Shown in pieces: positions 8,601 to 19,312 of a DNA stretch of 64,000 bases. The notes under the pieces are model-generated. The model saw only the letters and a list, made by a program, of their open reading frames with translations, was not told where the DNA came from and did not search any database. How positions within the stretch are numbered: the stretch's first letter is position 1; every line of letters begins with the position of its first letter. Where the stretch lies: the NCBI GenBank assembly GCA_041577295.1, contig JBFGJG010000020.1, forward strand, positions 1-64,000, in the 5' to 3' direction. Source of the stretch: Gemmatimonadales bacterium (GTDB taxonomy: Bacteria > Gemmatimonadota > Gemmatimonadetes > Gemmatimonadales > GWC2-71-9). The position numbers and the translations under genes were made by a program.

Positions 8601-10745
8601 TTGCCCGTCAGCGAGACCGGCGATACACAGGGTCGCCTCACTTCCAAGCCCTGTGTGCTCTTTGTCGACAACGAATTTGCGGCTCGAGCGGCCTTCGCCA
8701 AATGTGTGCGGAGCGCCGGCTTCGAGGTCGAGACGGTCGCGAGCGGAAAAGAGGCCATCGAACGCGCCGTTCACATTCCCTACGCCGTCATCGCGGCCGA
8801 TGGGTCCATGCCCGGTATCGACGGCGTTTCGTTGATACGGCGGCTGCGACCCATCCAGCCAGCCGCGATATATCTCATGGTCGTTGACCAGCCCGAGTCG
8901 GAGACATTCCGCGCCCAGTTTGACACCGGTCCAGACGTTGCTGTGCTGTGCAAGCCCTGGGATCGGTGTGAGCTCATCGAGACCATCCGCCGTGCGATAG
9001 AGCGCTATCGCGGAACAACCACGAAGCCGATCCGAGTGCCCGAGGCACGGACCTCGATCCTGATCATAGAGGACAACCGCGGGGACGCGCTGCTCGTTCG
9101 GACATATCTGACAGAGACGCGTCTGCACCTCGAGACCGTCGCACACGTCGACCGGTTGGCCGACGCCCTTGATCGTGTCACAAAAGAGAAGTTCGACGTG
9201 GTGCTCTGCGACCTGAACCTCCCAGACTCATGGGGTTTGGACACGCTGCGGAGTCTTCAGATGGCGACGAAAGACGCCGCGGTTATCGTGCTCAGCGGGA
9301 TGGACGACGATGCCTTGGGCGCCGAAGCGGTTCAGATAGGTGCCCAGGACTATCTCTCGAAGGGACGGGTAGACGCCCACAACCTCGAACGCTCCATCCG
9401 CTATGCCACCGAGCGGAAGCGGACGCAGCGCCGCCTCGCCTATCTCGCACACCATGACGATCTCACAGGGCTCCCGAATCGCACGGCTTTTGCGGAGCGC
9501 GTGGGGCAAGCCATTGCGCGAGCCGAGCGACACGGCACCCGCGCGGGGATCATGTTTCTCGACCTCGATCGGTTCAAAACGATCAATGACAGTCTTGGAC
9601 ACAGCGCGGGCGATCACGTTCTCGGTGTGGTCGCGGGCCGAGTCACGACCGCCGTGCGGGACAGCGACGCGATCGCGCGGCTCGGCGGTGACGAGTTCGG
9701 TATTCTGCTCGAGGACCTCACCGACTCCACCGCAGCGGTTGAGGTCGCCGAACGCGTCCTCGCGTCGCTTGCTGCACCGATCTGCGTCGGCGGCGGTGAT
9801 CTCGTCGTTACCACGAGCATCGGCGTCGCCATCTATCCCGAGGATGGTCAGTCGGTACAACGATTGCTCAAGGCAGCGGATGACGGGATGTATGCGGCAA
9901 AGGCGAGCGGCGGGAACACGTATCGCTTTGCCACGCAGACTGAAACACAACCTGCGCTGTCACGCCTGGAGCTGGAGCGCGATCTCCTTCGCGCGGTAGA
10001 GCGGCAGGAGTTCGAGCTCTATTTTCAACCACAAGTGTCACTCGAGACTCGTCGCGTCGAGGGATATGAGGCGTTGCTCCGCTGGCAACGCTGCAACGGC
10101 CAGCGCATCAAGCCCGAGCAAGTCGTTCCCGTGCTCGAGGAGTTGGGTCTCATTCACCGGGTTGGTGAGTGGGTGCTCCAGACTGCGTGCCGCCAGCTCA
10201 AAGAATGGCGCGAAGCCGGTGCGCGACACCTCCGAATCGCTGTCAACATCTCGCCACGACAATTCAACCAGGCGAACCTCGTTGACACGGTGGAGCGTAC
10301 GCTGGATGAGGTGGGACTCGAGCCGCGCTCGCTCGAGCTCGAGATCACCGAGAGCTTATTGATGCGCGACACGGAGCGCACACGGCGCGCCTTGGGTGAG
10401 CTCAAGGCGCTTGGTGTTCGCCTCGCCGTGGATGATTTTGGGACGGGCTACTCGTCGCTCTCCTATCTCGAACGGTTCGCAGTGGATGCGCTGAAGATCG
10501 ATCAGTCGTTCATCCGCGGTGCCCCGGCGTCTCGCCGACGTGCCGCGATTACCGGCGCCATCCTGGGACTGGGACACGGGCTCGGCTTGGAGGTCGTCGC
10601 CGAGGGAGTCGAAACCGAGGACGAGTTGCGTTACCTGAAAGGCGAGGGGTGTGACCTGGCCCAGGGATTCTTATTAGGGGCTCCCGGTCCCACATGGGAA
10701 ACCCCCGCAACACCGCCTTCGTTTCGGGTGGAGCTGCGAAACTAG
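8601..10745 (+). CDS. REC-REC-GGDEF-EAL diguanylate cyclase/phosphodiesterase
   Basis: Two receiver domains; HHDDLTGLPNR; RDSD I-site with GGDEF; EALLRW; DDFGTGYSS; EGVE. Exact start uncertain. Confidence 0.95.
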   Translation: MPVSETGDTQGRLTSKPCVLFVDNEFAARAAFAKCVRSAGFEVETVASGKEAIERAVHIPYAVIAADGSMPGIDGVSLIRRLRPIQPAAIYLMVVDQPESETFRAQFDTGPDVAVLCKPWDRCELIETIRRAIERYRGTTTKPIRVPEARTSILIIEDNRGDALLVRTYLTETRLHLETVAHVDRLADALDRVTKEKFDVVLCDLNLPDSWGLDTLRSLQMATKDAAVIVLSGMDDDALGAEAVQIGAQDYLSKGRVDAHNLERSIRYATERKRTQRRLAYLAHHDDLTGLPNRTAFAERVGQAIARAERHGTRAGIMFLDLDRFKTINDSLGHSAGDHVLGVVAGRVTTAVRDSDAIARLGGDEFGILLEDLTDSTAAVEVAERVLASLAAPICVGGGDLVVTTSIGVAIYPEDGQSVQRLLKAADDGMYAAKASGGNTYRFATQTETQPALSRLELERDLLRAVERQEFELYFQPQVSLETRRVEGYEALLRWQRCNGQRIKPEQVVPVLEELGLIHRVGEWVLQTACRQLKEWREAGARHLRIAVNISPRQFNQANLVDTVERTLDEVGLEPRSLELEITESLLMRDTERTRRALGELKALGVRLAVDDFGTGYSSLSYLERFAVDALKIDQSFIRGAPASRRRAAITGAILGLGHGLGLEVVAEGVETEDELRYLKGEGCDLAQGFLLGAPGPTWETPATPPSFRVELRN

Positions 10746-10758
10746 GATCGGACCCTCG

Positions 10759-11211
10759 TCAGGCCTGGCCACGCGGCAGGGTCACTACGGAGAGCCAGAA
10801 GTGCTCGATGGACTTGACGACGCCGAGAAACTGGTCGAGGTCAACGGGTTTGGTGATAAAGCAGTTCGCCTGCAGGTCGTAACTCATCAGGATGTCGCGC
10901 TCCGCAGACGAGGTGGTCAGCACTACTACCGGGATCCGCCTGAGCTCGTCGTCGCACTTTATCTCCTCCAACACCTGGCGGCCATCCTTCTTTGGGAGAT
11001 TCAGGTCGAGCAATACGACGTCCGGCCTCGGCGCGTCGGCGTATTTCCCCTCCCGTCTCAGGTACGTAAGCGCCTCGACACCGTCTTCGACCACGTGGAT
11101 CGTATTGATCACCTTGGCGTCATGCAGCGCTTCCATCGTGAGGCGGACATCGCCAGGGTTGTCCTCCACCAGGAGAATCTCGAGTACTCGGCCAGAAACG
11201 CCGTCCGTCAT
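10759..11211 (-). CDS. Single-domain response regulator, Rcp1/CheY-like
   Basis: [40 protein letters not shown] tail typical of Rcp1; ATGTGA overlap with the kinase stop. Confidence 0.95.
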   Translation of the reverse strand: MTDGVSGRVLEILLVEDNPGDVRLTMEALHDAKVINTIHVVEDGVEALTYLRREGKYADAPRPDVVLLDLNLPKKDGRQVLEEIKCDDELRRIPVVVLTTSSAERDILMSYDLQANCFITKPVDLDQFLGVVKSIEHFWLSVVTLPRGQA

Positions 11212-13820
11212 GTGACCAGTCGCCTCTCTCTCGGGAGTGTGAAGTAGAAGGTGGAGCCCCTGCCGAGTTCGGATTCCACCCAGATCTTCCCGCCGTGGCG
11301 CTCGACGATACGCTTGCAGATCGCCAAACCAATCCCCGTTCCCGTGTACTCGGTGGGTCGGTGGAGCCGTTGGAAGATGACAAAGATTCGCTCGGAGTAC
11401 TCTGCACTGATTCCGATGCCGTTGTCACGAACGGAGAACGTCCAGAATTCACCGTTCTCTTGCGCAGCAATGGCAATCTGTGGGGTGTCCTGCTGGAACT
11501 TGATGGCGTTGGTGATCAGGTTGAGAAACACCTGACACAGCTGCTGACTATCGGCGTCGAGGACGGGAAGTGGGCCGACCTCGATGCATGCGCCGCTCTC
11601 CTCGAGCGTGAGCTCGAGATCTCGCAGCACCCGCTCAATGACTTCTCGACAGTCGATACGCTCAAACGCGCCACCGTGCGTCCCAACTCGTGAAAACGCC
11701 AAGAGGTCGTTGATGAGCCGCTGCATGCGGTGCGCCCCATCCACCGCATAGTGGATGAACTCGTCTGCCTCCTCGCTCAGCTGACCGGCGTAGCGGCGGG
11801 CCAAGAGCTGTGTGTAGCTCCCGATCATCCGGAGGGGCTCTTGTAAATCGTGTGACGCAACGTATGCGAATTGTTCGAGCTCGGCGTTGGAGCGTTCCAG
11901 GTCGGCCGCGTATTTGGCCAGGGCCGCGGTACGTTCGGCCACCTCTTGCTCCAATCGCTCGTTGATGGTCTTCAGCTCGTGCTCAGCCTGGCGGACCTCG
12001 GTGATGTCGGTGCCAACACCAACCCAGAGCAGAATCACGTCGTGGGTGTCGATTAGGGGCGTAACGACCAGAGCGTGCGTGCGGAACTCGCCGTCGGCTG
12101 TCCGCGCTCGCACCTCCGCAGAGAAGCGCTCGGCATGTGCGAGCTGCTGCTTCACCAATGCGCCGTCGTCGGGGTGTAGGGCATCGAGCCACGCCAAACC
12201 CAGCGAGTCACTCTCGGTGCGCCCGGTGAGTCGATACCAAGCAGGGTTGAGGTACGTCGCGGATCCGTTGGGCTCGCAGAGCCAAAGCAAGTGTGGTACG
12301 GTCTCCGTGAGCGTCCGGTGGAGCGCCGAGCTGCGAATGACCTCTTTCGCCCGTACCTGAGCGGCGCGAGTTCGGTCGATCGTCAGCATGACCAGGACGG
12401 CCATCATGAAGGTGCCAATCAAGGCAGCCTGCGGAAGCCCGGTCGCCGGGTCGGCTGGGCCGCCGGTGACGATGGCGAGATGCAGCCGCCAGCGGGCCTG
12501 CTGGTATTCCACGTCGATTTCGGCGGCGTTGCGAGTCGGTGGCGGAGCCGCGGCGGCTTCGGCGGTCGAGATCACCAGGTCGCCATCGGTGATCTCGAGT
12601 GCAAAACCCGACTGTCGCATGTCTAACACCGCCCGGCTGAGCAGCGTGGTTGGCCGGAAGACGCCAACGAAGAAGCCCTCGAACGTGACCGCATTCCGAA
12701 AAAGCGGCACGACTGTAGGTACGAGCACGCCTGCGGCCACGGGTTGAGCGGGCAATAGGGCGGCTTCTCGATCCCGGCGCGAGATCGCGGCGCGCGGGTC
12801 CATCGCCGCCGCCGTGGCGAGCGTCGTCAAGGTGGCCTGGTTGATCCCGACCTCATGCTCGATGTAGCGTGGGATCCGAGAGGAGTCGAGCCAGATGATG
12901 TCAGTCAGCTCGGGCCAGTGGGACAGGTAGAGACGTGCGTCAGCTGACCACTGCTCCACGGGAGTTTTCCCCTGTACTTCCCACCGCCGTGCCATGCGGG
13001 TGAGGGCCTTTGTCCGAGAATCGAGCAGCTCGTGCACTTCGGCCCGGAGCGTTCGGATCTGACTTTGGACGGTTTGGCTCCCTTGTTGTTCCTCTGCGGC
13101 TTCTAAGGCCTGCCACAGCGCCAAACCGGCGACCGCAACGGTCGCACCAGCCGCGACCGCGCTCCACCGGGGTAGGTGACCATCACGAAACGCCGCACGC
13201 TTGAGCGCAAGCGCAAAGATTCCCACGCCGAGGATGCCAAAGGCAGCAGCCGTGTGAACCGCCATTCGGGTCATCGTACCCCAGGCGTAAGTCGCCTCGA
13301 GGCCGGTTGAGTACCCGAACAACGCTACGATACCCAGGGTCGCCACACCCGACGCTAGGAGTCCAGTAATGGCGATCCGGGTGTCGTCGCCTCGCGCGGT
13401 CAGGCACAGCAGCGCGATACCGGTCAGGGTAAAGCTCAGCGCAGTGTTGGGTGCCATCCGGCCGGGGTGCGAGGTGTGGACGGTGACGTACGCGTCCATC
13501 ACGAGCTGATCGACGAGCAGATCGACCCCGAATGCGTACTGCGCGAGCGTAACGGCGCTTAGGACGACCAGGACGGTGGCCAAAGACCGGCTCCACCCTT
13601 CCCAACGTGCCTCCGCTGCGAGGAGAGCGCCTCCGGCGAGTACGAAGCCGAGGCCTGTGTTGTACTGCATTGGAACAAACGACGGGTGCACCTGGATCAA
13701 CGATGTGACGCCGGTATGCCAGCCCAGCAACACCAGGAGACCCAAGGCGGCTGGAATGACGGCGGTTACTAGCGGCACCACGCGCCACCTGTTGGGATCA
13801 CTTCGCTTTAGTGACTGCAT
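11208..13820 (-). CDS. Membrane PAS sensor histidine kinase, Cph1/BphP-type transmitter
   Basis: About 7 N-terminal TM segments, extracytoplasmic domain, PAS (YLNPAW..LHPDD), H-box [30 protein letters not shown]. Confidence 0.93.
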   Translation of the reverse strand: MQSLKRSDPNRWRVVPLVTAVIPAALGLLVLLGWHTGVTSLIQVHPSFVPMQYNTGLGFVLAGGALLAAEARWEGWSRSLATVLVVLSAVTLAQYAFGVDLLVDQLVMDAYVTVHTSHPGRMAPNTALSFTLTGIALLCLTARGDDTRIAITGLLASGVATLGIVALFGYSTGLEATYAWGTMTRMAVHTAAAFGILGVGIFALALKRAAFRDGHLPRWSAVAAGATVAVAGLALWQALEAAEEQQGSQTVQSQIRTLRAEVHELLDSRTKALTRMARRWEVQGKTPVEQWSADARLYLSHWPELTDIIWLDSSRIPRYIEHEVGINQATLTTLATAAAMDPRAAISRRDREAALLPAQPVAAGVLVPTVVPLFRNAVTFEGFFVGVFRPTTLLSRAVLDMRQSGFALEITDGDLVISTAEAAAAPPPTRNAAEIDVEYQQARWRLHLAIVTGGPADPATGLPQAALIGTFMMAVLVMLTIDRTRAAQVRAKEVIRSSALHRTLTETVPHLLWLCEPNGSATYLNPAWYRLTGRTESDSLGLAWLDALHPDDGALVKQQLAHAERFSAEVRARTADGEFRTHALVVTPLIDTHDVILLWVGVGTDITEVRQAEHELKTINERLEQEVAERTAALAKYAADLERSNAELEQFAYVASHDLQEPLRMIGSYTQLLARRYAGQLSEEADEFIHYAVDGAHRMQRLINDLLAFSRVGTHGGAFERIDCREVIERVLRDLELTLEESGACIEVGPLPVLDADSQQLCQVFLNLITNAIKFQQDTPQIAIAAQENGEFWTFSVRDNGIGISAEYSERIFVIFQRLHRPTEYTGTGIGLAICKRIVERHGGKIWVESELGRGSTFYFTLPRERRLVT

Positions 13821-14015
13821 GCCAAATATTGCAGACGTCACAGCGGGAACACGGCAGTTAGACGTTCAGAATCCTGGGTCGAGCCGAGTCGGGTGGGGCG
13901 CGCGCTTGCTAGATAAAGGATTCCGTTGAGGCGCGCCAGCCCATGGCAACCCTTGCCAGCAGCCCGACGTCGGGGACAGACTTCAAGCCTTCCGCCTTCA
14001 AGAGGTCGATGCGAG

Positions 14016-16478
14016 ATGAAGTCGCTGCTGTTGATAGTGGGATCGGTCGTGTTGGCGTGCGCCTTGATCACCGAACCCCTTCCGTCACAGTCCGTCATGT
14101 CGATGAGGCCCGCCCCCCTGGTCGGATTCGGGGCCGCGGCCGTCATGAGTGGCGAGGAACTGTTCGTGGCTCGTGCTGGAGAGTTTGGATTCTTCCCCAT
14201 GCCGCCGATGCAGCGCGGGGTGGTCCACGTCTTTGCCAGGGGGGCTGGCGAGTCGTGGACCCGGCAGACCAGCGTGTCCGCCGCCGACGCCCAAGTTGGC
14301 GATGGCTTTGGGCAGAGCGTGGCGGTGCATGGAAACGTGATGCTGGTTGGGGCGCCCAAGCAGGCGGATGCGCAGGGTGGCGTGTACGTCTACGAGCGCT
14401 GGGCCAGCGGAGAGTGGTCGGAAACGGTGCGGCTGATCCCCGACGACGCTGCGCCCGGGGACAGTGTTGGATTCGCGCTGGCACTGTATGAGGGCACCGC
14501 CGTCGTCGGCGCTCCCGGGCGCGGCGAGGCCGGGGCTGCCTACATCTTCCGCCGGGATCCAACGACGGGGCAGTGGACGAATGCGGCGACCTTGGTCGGC
14601 TCACAGACCGCGGCAGGTGACCGGTTCGGTGCTGCCGTGGCGCTCAATCAGGAGACCGCCCTGGTCGGGGCCCCTGGGCCGCACACGGTGCCACCCTTAG
14701 TCGGCGCCCCCCCGCCGTATAGAGCAGGGTCGGCCTACGTGTTCCACCACAACAATGGGCACGGTTGGCAGGAGACGGCACGTCTGGCAACCTCCGACCC
14801 GTCCGTTCGGTCGCTTGGGATCGCCGTAAGCCTCGAATGGGATGGCGCGTTGGTCAGTGCCCCGATGACGAATCAAGGCGTGGGTGCGGTGCTCCACTTC
14901 GAGGCAGATGGACAAACCGGAGTGTGGACCGAACGAGGGCGGATGGCACCAGCGCAGCCCGCGTTCGGTCTCTTCGGCTATACGGTGAGCAAGGCCGGCG
15001 CCGACATCTTCGTCGGGGCGCCGAGTTTTGGTGGGCTCGCGGGTGCGGTGCACGTGTTTCGCCAAGATCGAATCACGCGCCGATGGATCGAACGTCAGCA
15101 GTTGACGGTCGGTGGCCTCACGATGGGCGCGTCCTTTGGGGCCGTGATTGCCACGCAGGGAGAGTTCGCCATGGTCGCGGCACCTGGCGGCGACTTTTTC
15201 GAGGGAACGGGATATCTGTACCGGCTAGCCCCCGATGGACGGTGGTCAGCTGCGGGCACCTTGATCGACGAGGCATCGGGAATGGAGGCCATCGTCGATG
15301 GGCAGGTGGACTGTGACGATGGCAAGGCCCGCATGTTCACCTGTTCCGAAGTGGATCTGGTTTCGTTTCTTCCGGTCAGTGCCCTGGGTGGTGAGCGCGG
15401 CATTCAGGTGAATGACGTGTGGGGCTGGACCGATCCACAAACAAGACGGGAGTATGCGATTGTCGGTCGGTTCGATGGCACGGCATTCGTCGATGTAACC
15501 GACCCCGCCCGTCCACGGTTCTTGGGCGACCTGCCACTCCACCAGGGTGCGATCAAGAATCTCTGGCGCGACATCAAGGTGTACCAGAACCACGCGTACA
15601 TTGTGTCAGATGGCGCGGGTCCCCACGGCGTGCAGATCTTTGACCTCACGCAACTCCGTTCCGTGGAGGGTGCGCCGCGCACGTTTACCGAAACGGCGCA
15701 CTACGATGGGATTTACAGCGCGCACAACATCGTTATCAACGAGGCCACCGGCTTTGCGTACGTGGTTGGCGCGAGTATGGGGGGAGAGACGTGTGGCGGA
15801 GGTCTCCACATGCTCGATCTTCGTGAGCCGACGAGCCCGCAGTTTGTCGGCTGTTTTGCCCATCCACAGACAGGGAGGGCGCAAACCGGGTACACGCATG
15901 ACGCGATGTGCGTCATTTACAACGGCCCGGACGTCGTTCATCAGGGAAAGGAAATCTGCTTTAGCTCGAATGAGACCGCGCTCAGCATCTCCGACGTCAC
16001 CGACAAGGCGCAGCCGGTGCCGTTGGCGGCGGCCTCATATCCCAACGTGGTGTACGCCCATCAAGGGTGGATCTCCGAGGATCATCGCTACTTCTTCACC
16101 AACGACGAGGGCGATGAAGTCACAGGGGTCGCACCGCGCACACGCACGATGGTGTGGGACATCGAGGACCTCGATGATCCGGTGCTCCTCACCGAGTACC
16201 TCGGTGAGACCGGGGCCACGGACCACAATTTGTACGTACGGGGTTCTTTTCTGTACGAATCGAATTACGTCGCCGGGCTGCGCATCATCGATATCCGAAA
16301 CCCGGCGAACCCACGCGAGATCGCGTTCTTCGACACGGTCCCCTTCGGGAAGGACGCGCCAGGCTTTGCGGGCTCGTGGAGCAATTATCCGTTCTTCGCG
16401 AGCGGGAACATCATTGTCACGAGCATGCGCGAAGGCCTGTTCGTCCTGAAGAAGCGGCCCGAGCGTCTGCTACCGTAG
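14016..16478 (+). CDS. Secreted FG-GAP repeat protein with a choice-of-anchor B domain
   Basis: Signal peptide MKSLLLIVG; repeated FG.sV...VGAP; NDVWGWTD, WRDIKVY, AHNIVIN, YTHDA, HQGW, DHN, GSWSNYPFF. Confidence 0.9.
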   Translation: MKSLLLIVGSVVLACALITEPLPSQSVMSMRPAPLVGFGAAAVMSGEELFVARAGEFGFFPMPPMQRGVVHVFARGAGESWTRQTSVSAADAQVGDGFGQSVAVHGNVMLVGAPKQADAQGGVYVYERWASGEWSETVRLIPDDAAPGDSVGFALALYEGTAVVGAPGRGEAGAAYIFRRDPTTGQWTNAATLVGSQTAAGDRFGAAVALNQETALVGAPGPHTVPPLVGAPPPYRAGSAYVFHHNNGHGWQETARLATSDPSVRSLGIAVSLEWDGALVSAPMTNQGVGAVLHFEADGQTGVWTERGRMAPAQPAFGLFGYTVSKAGADIFVGAPSFGGLAGAVHVFRQDRITRRWIERQQLTVGGLTMGASFGAVIATQGEFAMVAAPGGDFFEGTGYLYRLAPDGRWSAAGTLIDEASGMEAIVDGQVDCDDGKARMFTCSEVDLVSFLPVSALGGERGIQVNDVWGWTDPQTRREYAIVGRFDGTAFVDVTDPARPRFLGDLPLHQGAIKNLWRDIKVYQNHAYIVSDGAGPHGVQIFDLTQLRSVEGAPRTFTETAHYDGIYSAHNIVINEATGFAYVVGASMGGETCGGGLHMLDLREPTSPQFVGCFAHPQTGRAQTGYTHDAMCVIYNGPDVVHQGKEICFSSNETALSISDVTDKAQPVPLAAASYPNVVYAHQGWISEDHRYFFTNDEGDEVTGVAPRTRTMVWDIEDLDDPVLLTEYLGETGATDHNLYVRGSFLYESNYVAGLRIIDIRNPANPREIAFFDTVPFGKDAPGFAGSWSNYPFFASGNIIVTSMREGLFVLKKRPERLLP

Positions 16479-16503
16479 ATCACGTCACACACGCGTCTTA
16501 GGG

Positions 16504-16532
16504 GAGCCGGCCCGCGCGGGCCGGCTCTTTTT
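16504..16532 (+). terminator. Rho-independent terminator
   Basis: GAGCCGGCCC-gcgc-GGGCCGGCTC followed by TTTTT. Confidence 0.9.
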
Positions 16533-16578
16533 CTACCTAGTCGATTTGACAACAACCACTTAGCCAACAGCGCCAGAC

Positions 16579-16594
16579 TGTGATCCGTGTCACA
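16579..16594. promoter_or_regulatory. CRP/FNR-family box
   Basis: TGTGA-tccgtg-TCACA, perfect consensus, upstream of the HExxH lipoprotein gene. Confidence 0.6.
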
Positions 16595-16697
16595 TTTCCC
16601 GGCCCGGACCTTGCTTGGTCTCACAGGCGAATACCTGGGGAGCAGTGTGATGCGCCAACGGGAGACAGCGCTGGCCTGGTGGACGCCAAGGCGGACG

Positions 16698-17072
16698 ATG
16701 CGGTGGTGCGCTGCCGGTGTCGTGCTCTTCGCTTGTGGGGATTTTGGGGTGGAAGCGGAGTCGCTCGATCCCTTCCCCCCGCCCCCCGTGTACCAGGTCT
16801 GGTGGGATCAGCTCGAAGATTGTGTCGGCCTGCGGGGTGAATTCCGGGAAATCCGGTGGTATGTGGGGGACGCCGTGACGCTCGACGGGGCCGACGTGTT
16901 CGGTGTGTGGGCCGCACCACGCACCATCGTGCTCGAGCGCTTCTATCTGAGATCCGAGTCCGCCGTGAAGCACGAGATGCTCCACCACCTCACGAACGGC
17001 ACCATGCCACATAGCAACCCCGCCTTCACGCGGTGCGCGACGACCTCAGAGAGCAACGTCACGACACCGTAA
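16698..17072 (+). CDS. Small lipoprotein with an HExxH motif
   Basis: Lipobox LFAC; PPPVYQVWW..EDC; KHEMLHHL...H. The start could be at 16650. Confidence 0.7.
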   Translation: MRWCAAGVVLFACGDFGVEAESLDPFPPPPVYQVWWDQLEDCVGLRGEFREIRWYVGDAVTLDGADVFGVWAAPRTIVLERFYLRSESAVKHEMLHHLTNGTMPHSNPAFTRCATTSESNVTTP

Positions 17073-17216
17073 TTGCACGGTCATCGCATCTAAAGCTTGA
17101 CGTAACGCGAGATGGAGCACAGCTACTTCGCGGCTCCTATCGAGTTGCCTGAAGTTCGCTTGTGGAATGGGAAATTGGAGGTGTCGTCACCCGGTCTCTT
17201 CCTCCCCCGTTACTGC

Positions 17217-18038
17217 TCACGGTCGTTTCACTCCTCGGGCGATCACGAATTCGCCGGGAATGTCGTACCCCGAGCTGTGGCGGTAGTTCGCGATGGACGC
17301 GAGGTACTCGGCGTGCGCCGCCTCGCGTGTGGTTCCGTCGAACCGGGAATAGGCGAGCGCGACTGGCCCACCCACGAACGCCGCCCCGATTGCCTCTTCT
17401 GCAGAGGGGTAATGCAACGTCGTCGTGATCCTGTCGACGATGACGTCGGTGAAGTTGGCGGCCTCGAGGGCGTAGCGCAGCGCATCACCGGTCCCGAGCT
17501 GGAAGAAGAGAGGACAGACGTCGCTCTCAACCCGCGAATCGACGATGGGGAAGATCTCCGCCCACCCACAGCGATCCCGCTGTCCCCAGACCGCCGCCAC
17601 CGCGACGCCGTCCCATCGTAAGACACGGTACATTTCCCGCGCGGCCTGCAGCGGATCGGGAACGTACATCAGACCGAGGCCGCAAAGCGCAGCGTCAAAC
17701 GACGCATCTGGAAGCCGCAGCTCCTCGGCGTCCATGCGCTCGAAGCGCGCATTGTCCACGTTCAATCGACGGGCCTCGGCCGCGGCACCGACGACCATTT
17801 GCTCGGAGAGATCGGTGCCGATGACCTCCCCCCCTGGTTGAACCGCCCGTGCGGCCGGGAGTGTAACGAGCCCGGTTCCACACGCGATGTCCAGTACGCG
17901 CTGGCCCGGGCGAAGCTCCGCCAGATGGAGCATACGCTCCTGCGCTGGGGCCAGCTGCTCGCGCCAATAGCGCTCGTAGTGGTCTGACGCCTTGTCCCAG
18001 CCGTAACGCTGCACGCGGCGCTGTAATTGCGGTTCCAT
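17217..18038 (-). CDS. Class I SAM-dependent methyltransferase (UbiE-like)
   Basis: VLDIACGTG, DAEEL..PDASFD. Confidence 0.92.
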   Translation of the reverse strand: MEPQLQRRVQRYGWDKASDHYERYWREQLAPAQERMLHLAELRPGQRVLDIACGTGLVTLPAARAVQPGGEVIGTDLSEQMVVGAAAEARRLNVDNARFERMDAEELRLPDASFDAALCGLGLMYVPDPLQAAREMYRVLRWDGVAVAAVWGQRDRCGWAEIFPIVDSRVESDVCPLFFQLGTGDALRYALEAANFTDVIVDRITTTLHYPSAEEAIGAAFVGGPVALAYSRFDGTTREAAHAEYLASIANYRHSSGYDIPGEFVIARGVKRP

Positions 18039-18043
18039 GACGC

Positions 18044-18562
18044 TCACCCGCCCTGCGCAATCACGCGCACCTCGCGCCGGACCTGCTGCGCGCGAACGAA
18101 GACGTCGAGCCACGGCGTGTGGGCGTCCGCAAGGTCGAGCAACTCGACGATCTCGTGTTCCGGGGCATCGCTCTCGATCGTCACGATATAGCGCACCTCG
18201 ACGTAGCCCACGGGAGCATCCGACACCCCATACTCACCGCTCGCATCGTAGTCAGCCCGTACTTCGACTGCGATTCCGGAGATGGGGACCCCAAGCTTGG
18301 CGGCCCACTTGGCATAGCTGATGACGAGACACGATCCGAGTGCACCACGACCCAACACGCCGGGGTCCGGTGCACTGCCGTCGCCACCGGTTTTCTCGCT
18401 CGAGTCCACCCGTAGCTTCCATCGACCGTCCTCGATCTCACACGCGAGTCCGGAGACGAGGCGAACCTTGGCGACTGCCGTGCCTCGCCCAATCGCGGGC
18501 CGCTTGGCCAGCGCTGTGGCGGCACGCTCAAAGGCCGTCCTAATCCGCTGCGATGTTTCCAT
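18044..18562 (-). CDS. OsmC family protein
   Basis: GGDGSAPDPG...ALGSC and GYVEVRY.V.IESDAP. The usual second Cys position reads HTP. Confidence 0.85.
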   Translation of the reverse strand: METSQRIRTAFERAATALAKRPAIGRGTAVAKVRLVSGLACEIEDGRWKLRVDSSEKTGGDGSAPDPGVLGRGALGSCLVISYAKWAAKLGVPISGIAVEVRADYDASGEYGVSDAPVGYVEVRYIVTIESDAPEHEIVELLDLADAHTPWLDVFVRAQQVRREVRVIAQGG

Positions 18563-18668
18563 GGCTTCGTCCCTTGCCTGTCGTGTGTCGTCTGAAATGG
18601 TCAGGCGCAGAGAGCGCCCCAAAAGGCTCATCGGACGTCGTGGGCGGGCGCCTGTTGGCGCGGGTGGC

Positions 18669-19229
18669 TTACTGCGTGTGCAGTTCCTTGTTCAACCAGG
18701 CCCGCGCGACCGTCCAGTCGCGTTTGACCGTGGCCGGTGAGATACCGAGCGCTTCCGCGGTTTCGTCGACCCCCATGCCGGCAAAGAATCGGCATTCGAC
18801 AATGCGCGCCTGCCGTTCGCTCAGCTGCTCCAAGCGGACGAGGGCTTCATCGAGTGCCACGAGATCACCGGGACGCGTGTGCGCAGCGACAAACACGTCG
18901 TGGATGGGAACATGCTCGGCGCCAGCTCCACGTTTCTCCGCTTTCTTCATTCTCGCGTAACTGATCAGGATGCGCCGCATCACCTGGGCGCAGGCGCCGA
19001 AGAAATGCGCCCGTCCCCGCCAGCTGATACGATCGAGCTGAACGAGCTTCAGGTACGCCTCGTGGACCAGGGCCGTCGGTGTCAGCGTGTGATCGGGGCG
19101 TTCCCGCTGCAACTCACGATTGGCAATACGGCGCAGGTGGTCGTACACCATCGGGAGCAGGCGGTCCAACGCACTCCGGTCGCCCCCGGATAAGTCAATG
19201 AGCGCCTGGGTCACGTTGGAGCGGGACAT
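18669..19229 (-). CDS. ECF sigma factor, TIGR02999 / Ser-Thr kinase-associated type
   Basis: LLPMVYDHLRRIA, HTLTPTALVHEAYLKL, RAHFF, RFFAG, TVKRDWTVARAWL. Confidence 0.93.
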   Translation of the reverse strand: MSRSNVTQALIDLSGGDRSALDRLLPMVYDHLRRIANRELQRERPDHTLTPTALVHEAYLKLVQLDRISWRGRAHFFGACAQVMRRILISYARMKKAEKRGAGAEHVPIHDVFVAAHTRPGDLVALDEALVRLEQLSERQARIVECRFFAGMGVDETAEALGISPATVKRDWTVARAWLNKELHTQ

Positions 19230-19312
19230 CAGGAGTAATTAAGGGAAAGTTGGCAGGATGGAAAGATCGAAAGACGGACGGCGGACAGACGTGTGAGGGT
19301 GCCAGGACCTGC

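Noticed and set aside
11208..13820. Bacteriophytochrome
   Set aside because: The transmitter and Rcp1 partner are Cph1-like, but there is no PAS-GAF-PHY module; the sensor part is membrane-bound.
13895..13910. Possible sigma-54 promoter upstream of the choice-of-anchor B gene
   Set aside because: GG-N10-GC spacing and TTGCT are present, but the -24 element lacks GGCAC. Too weak to call.
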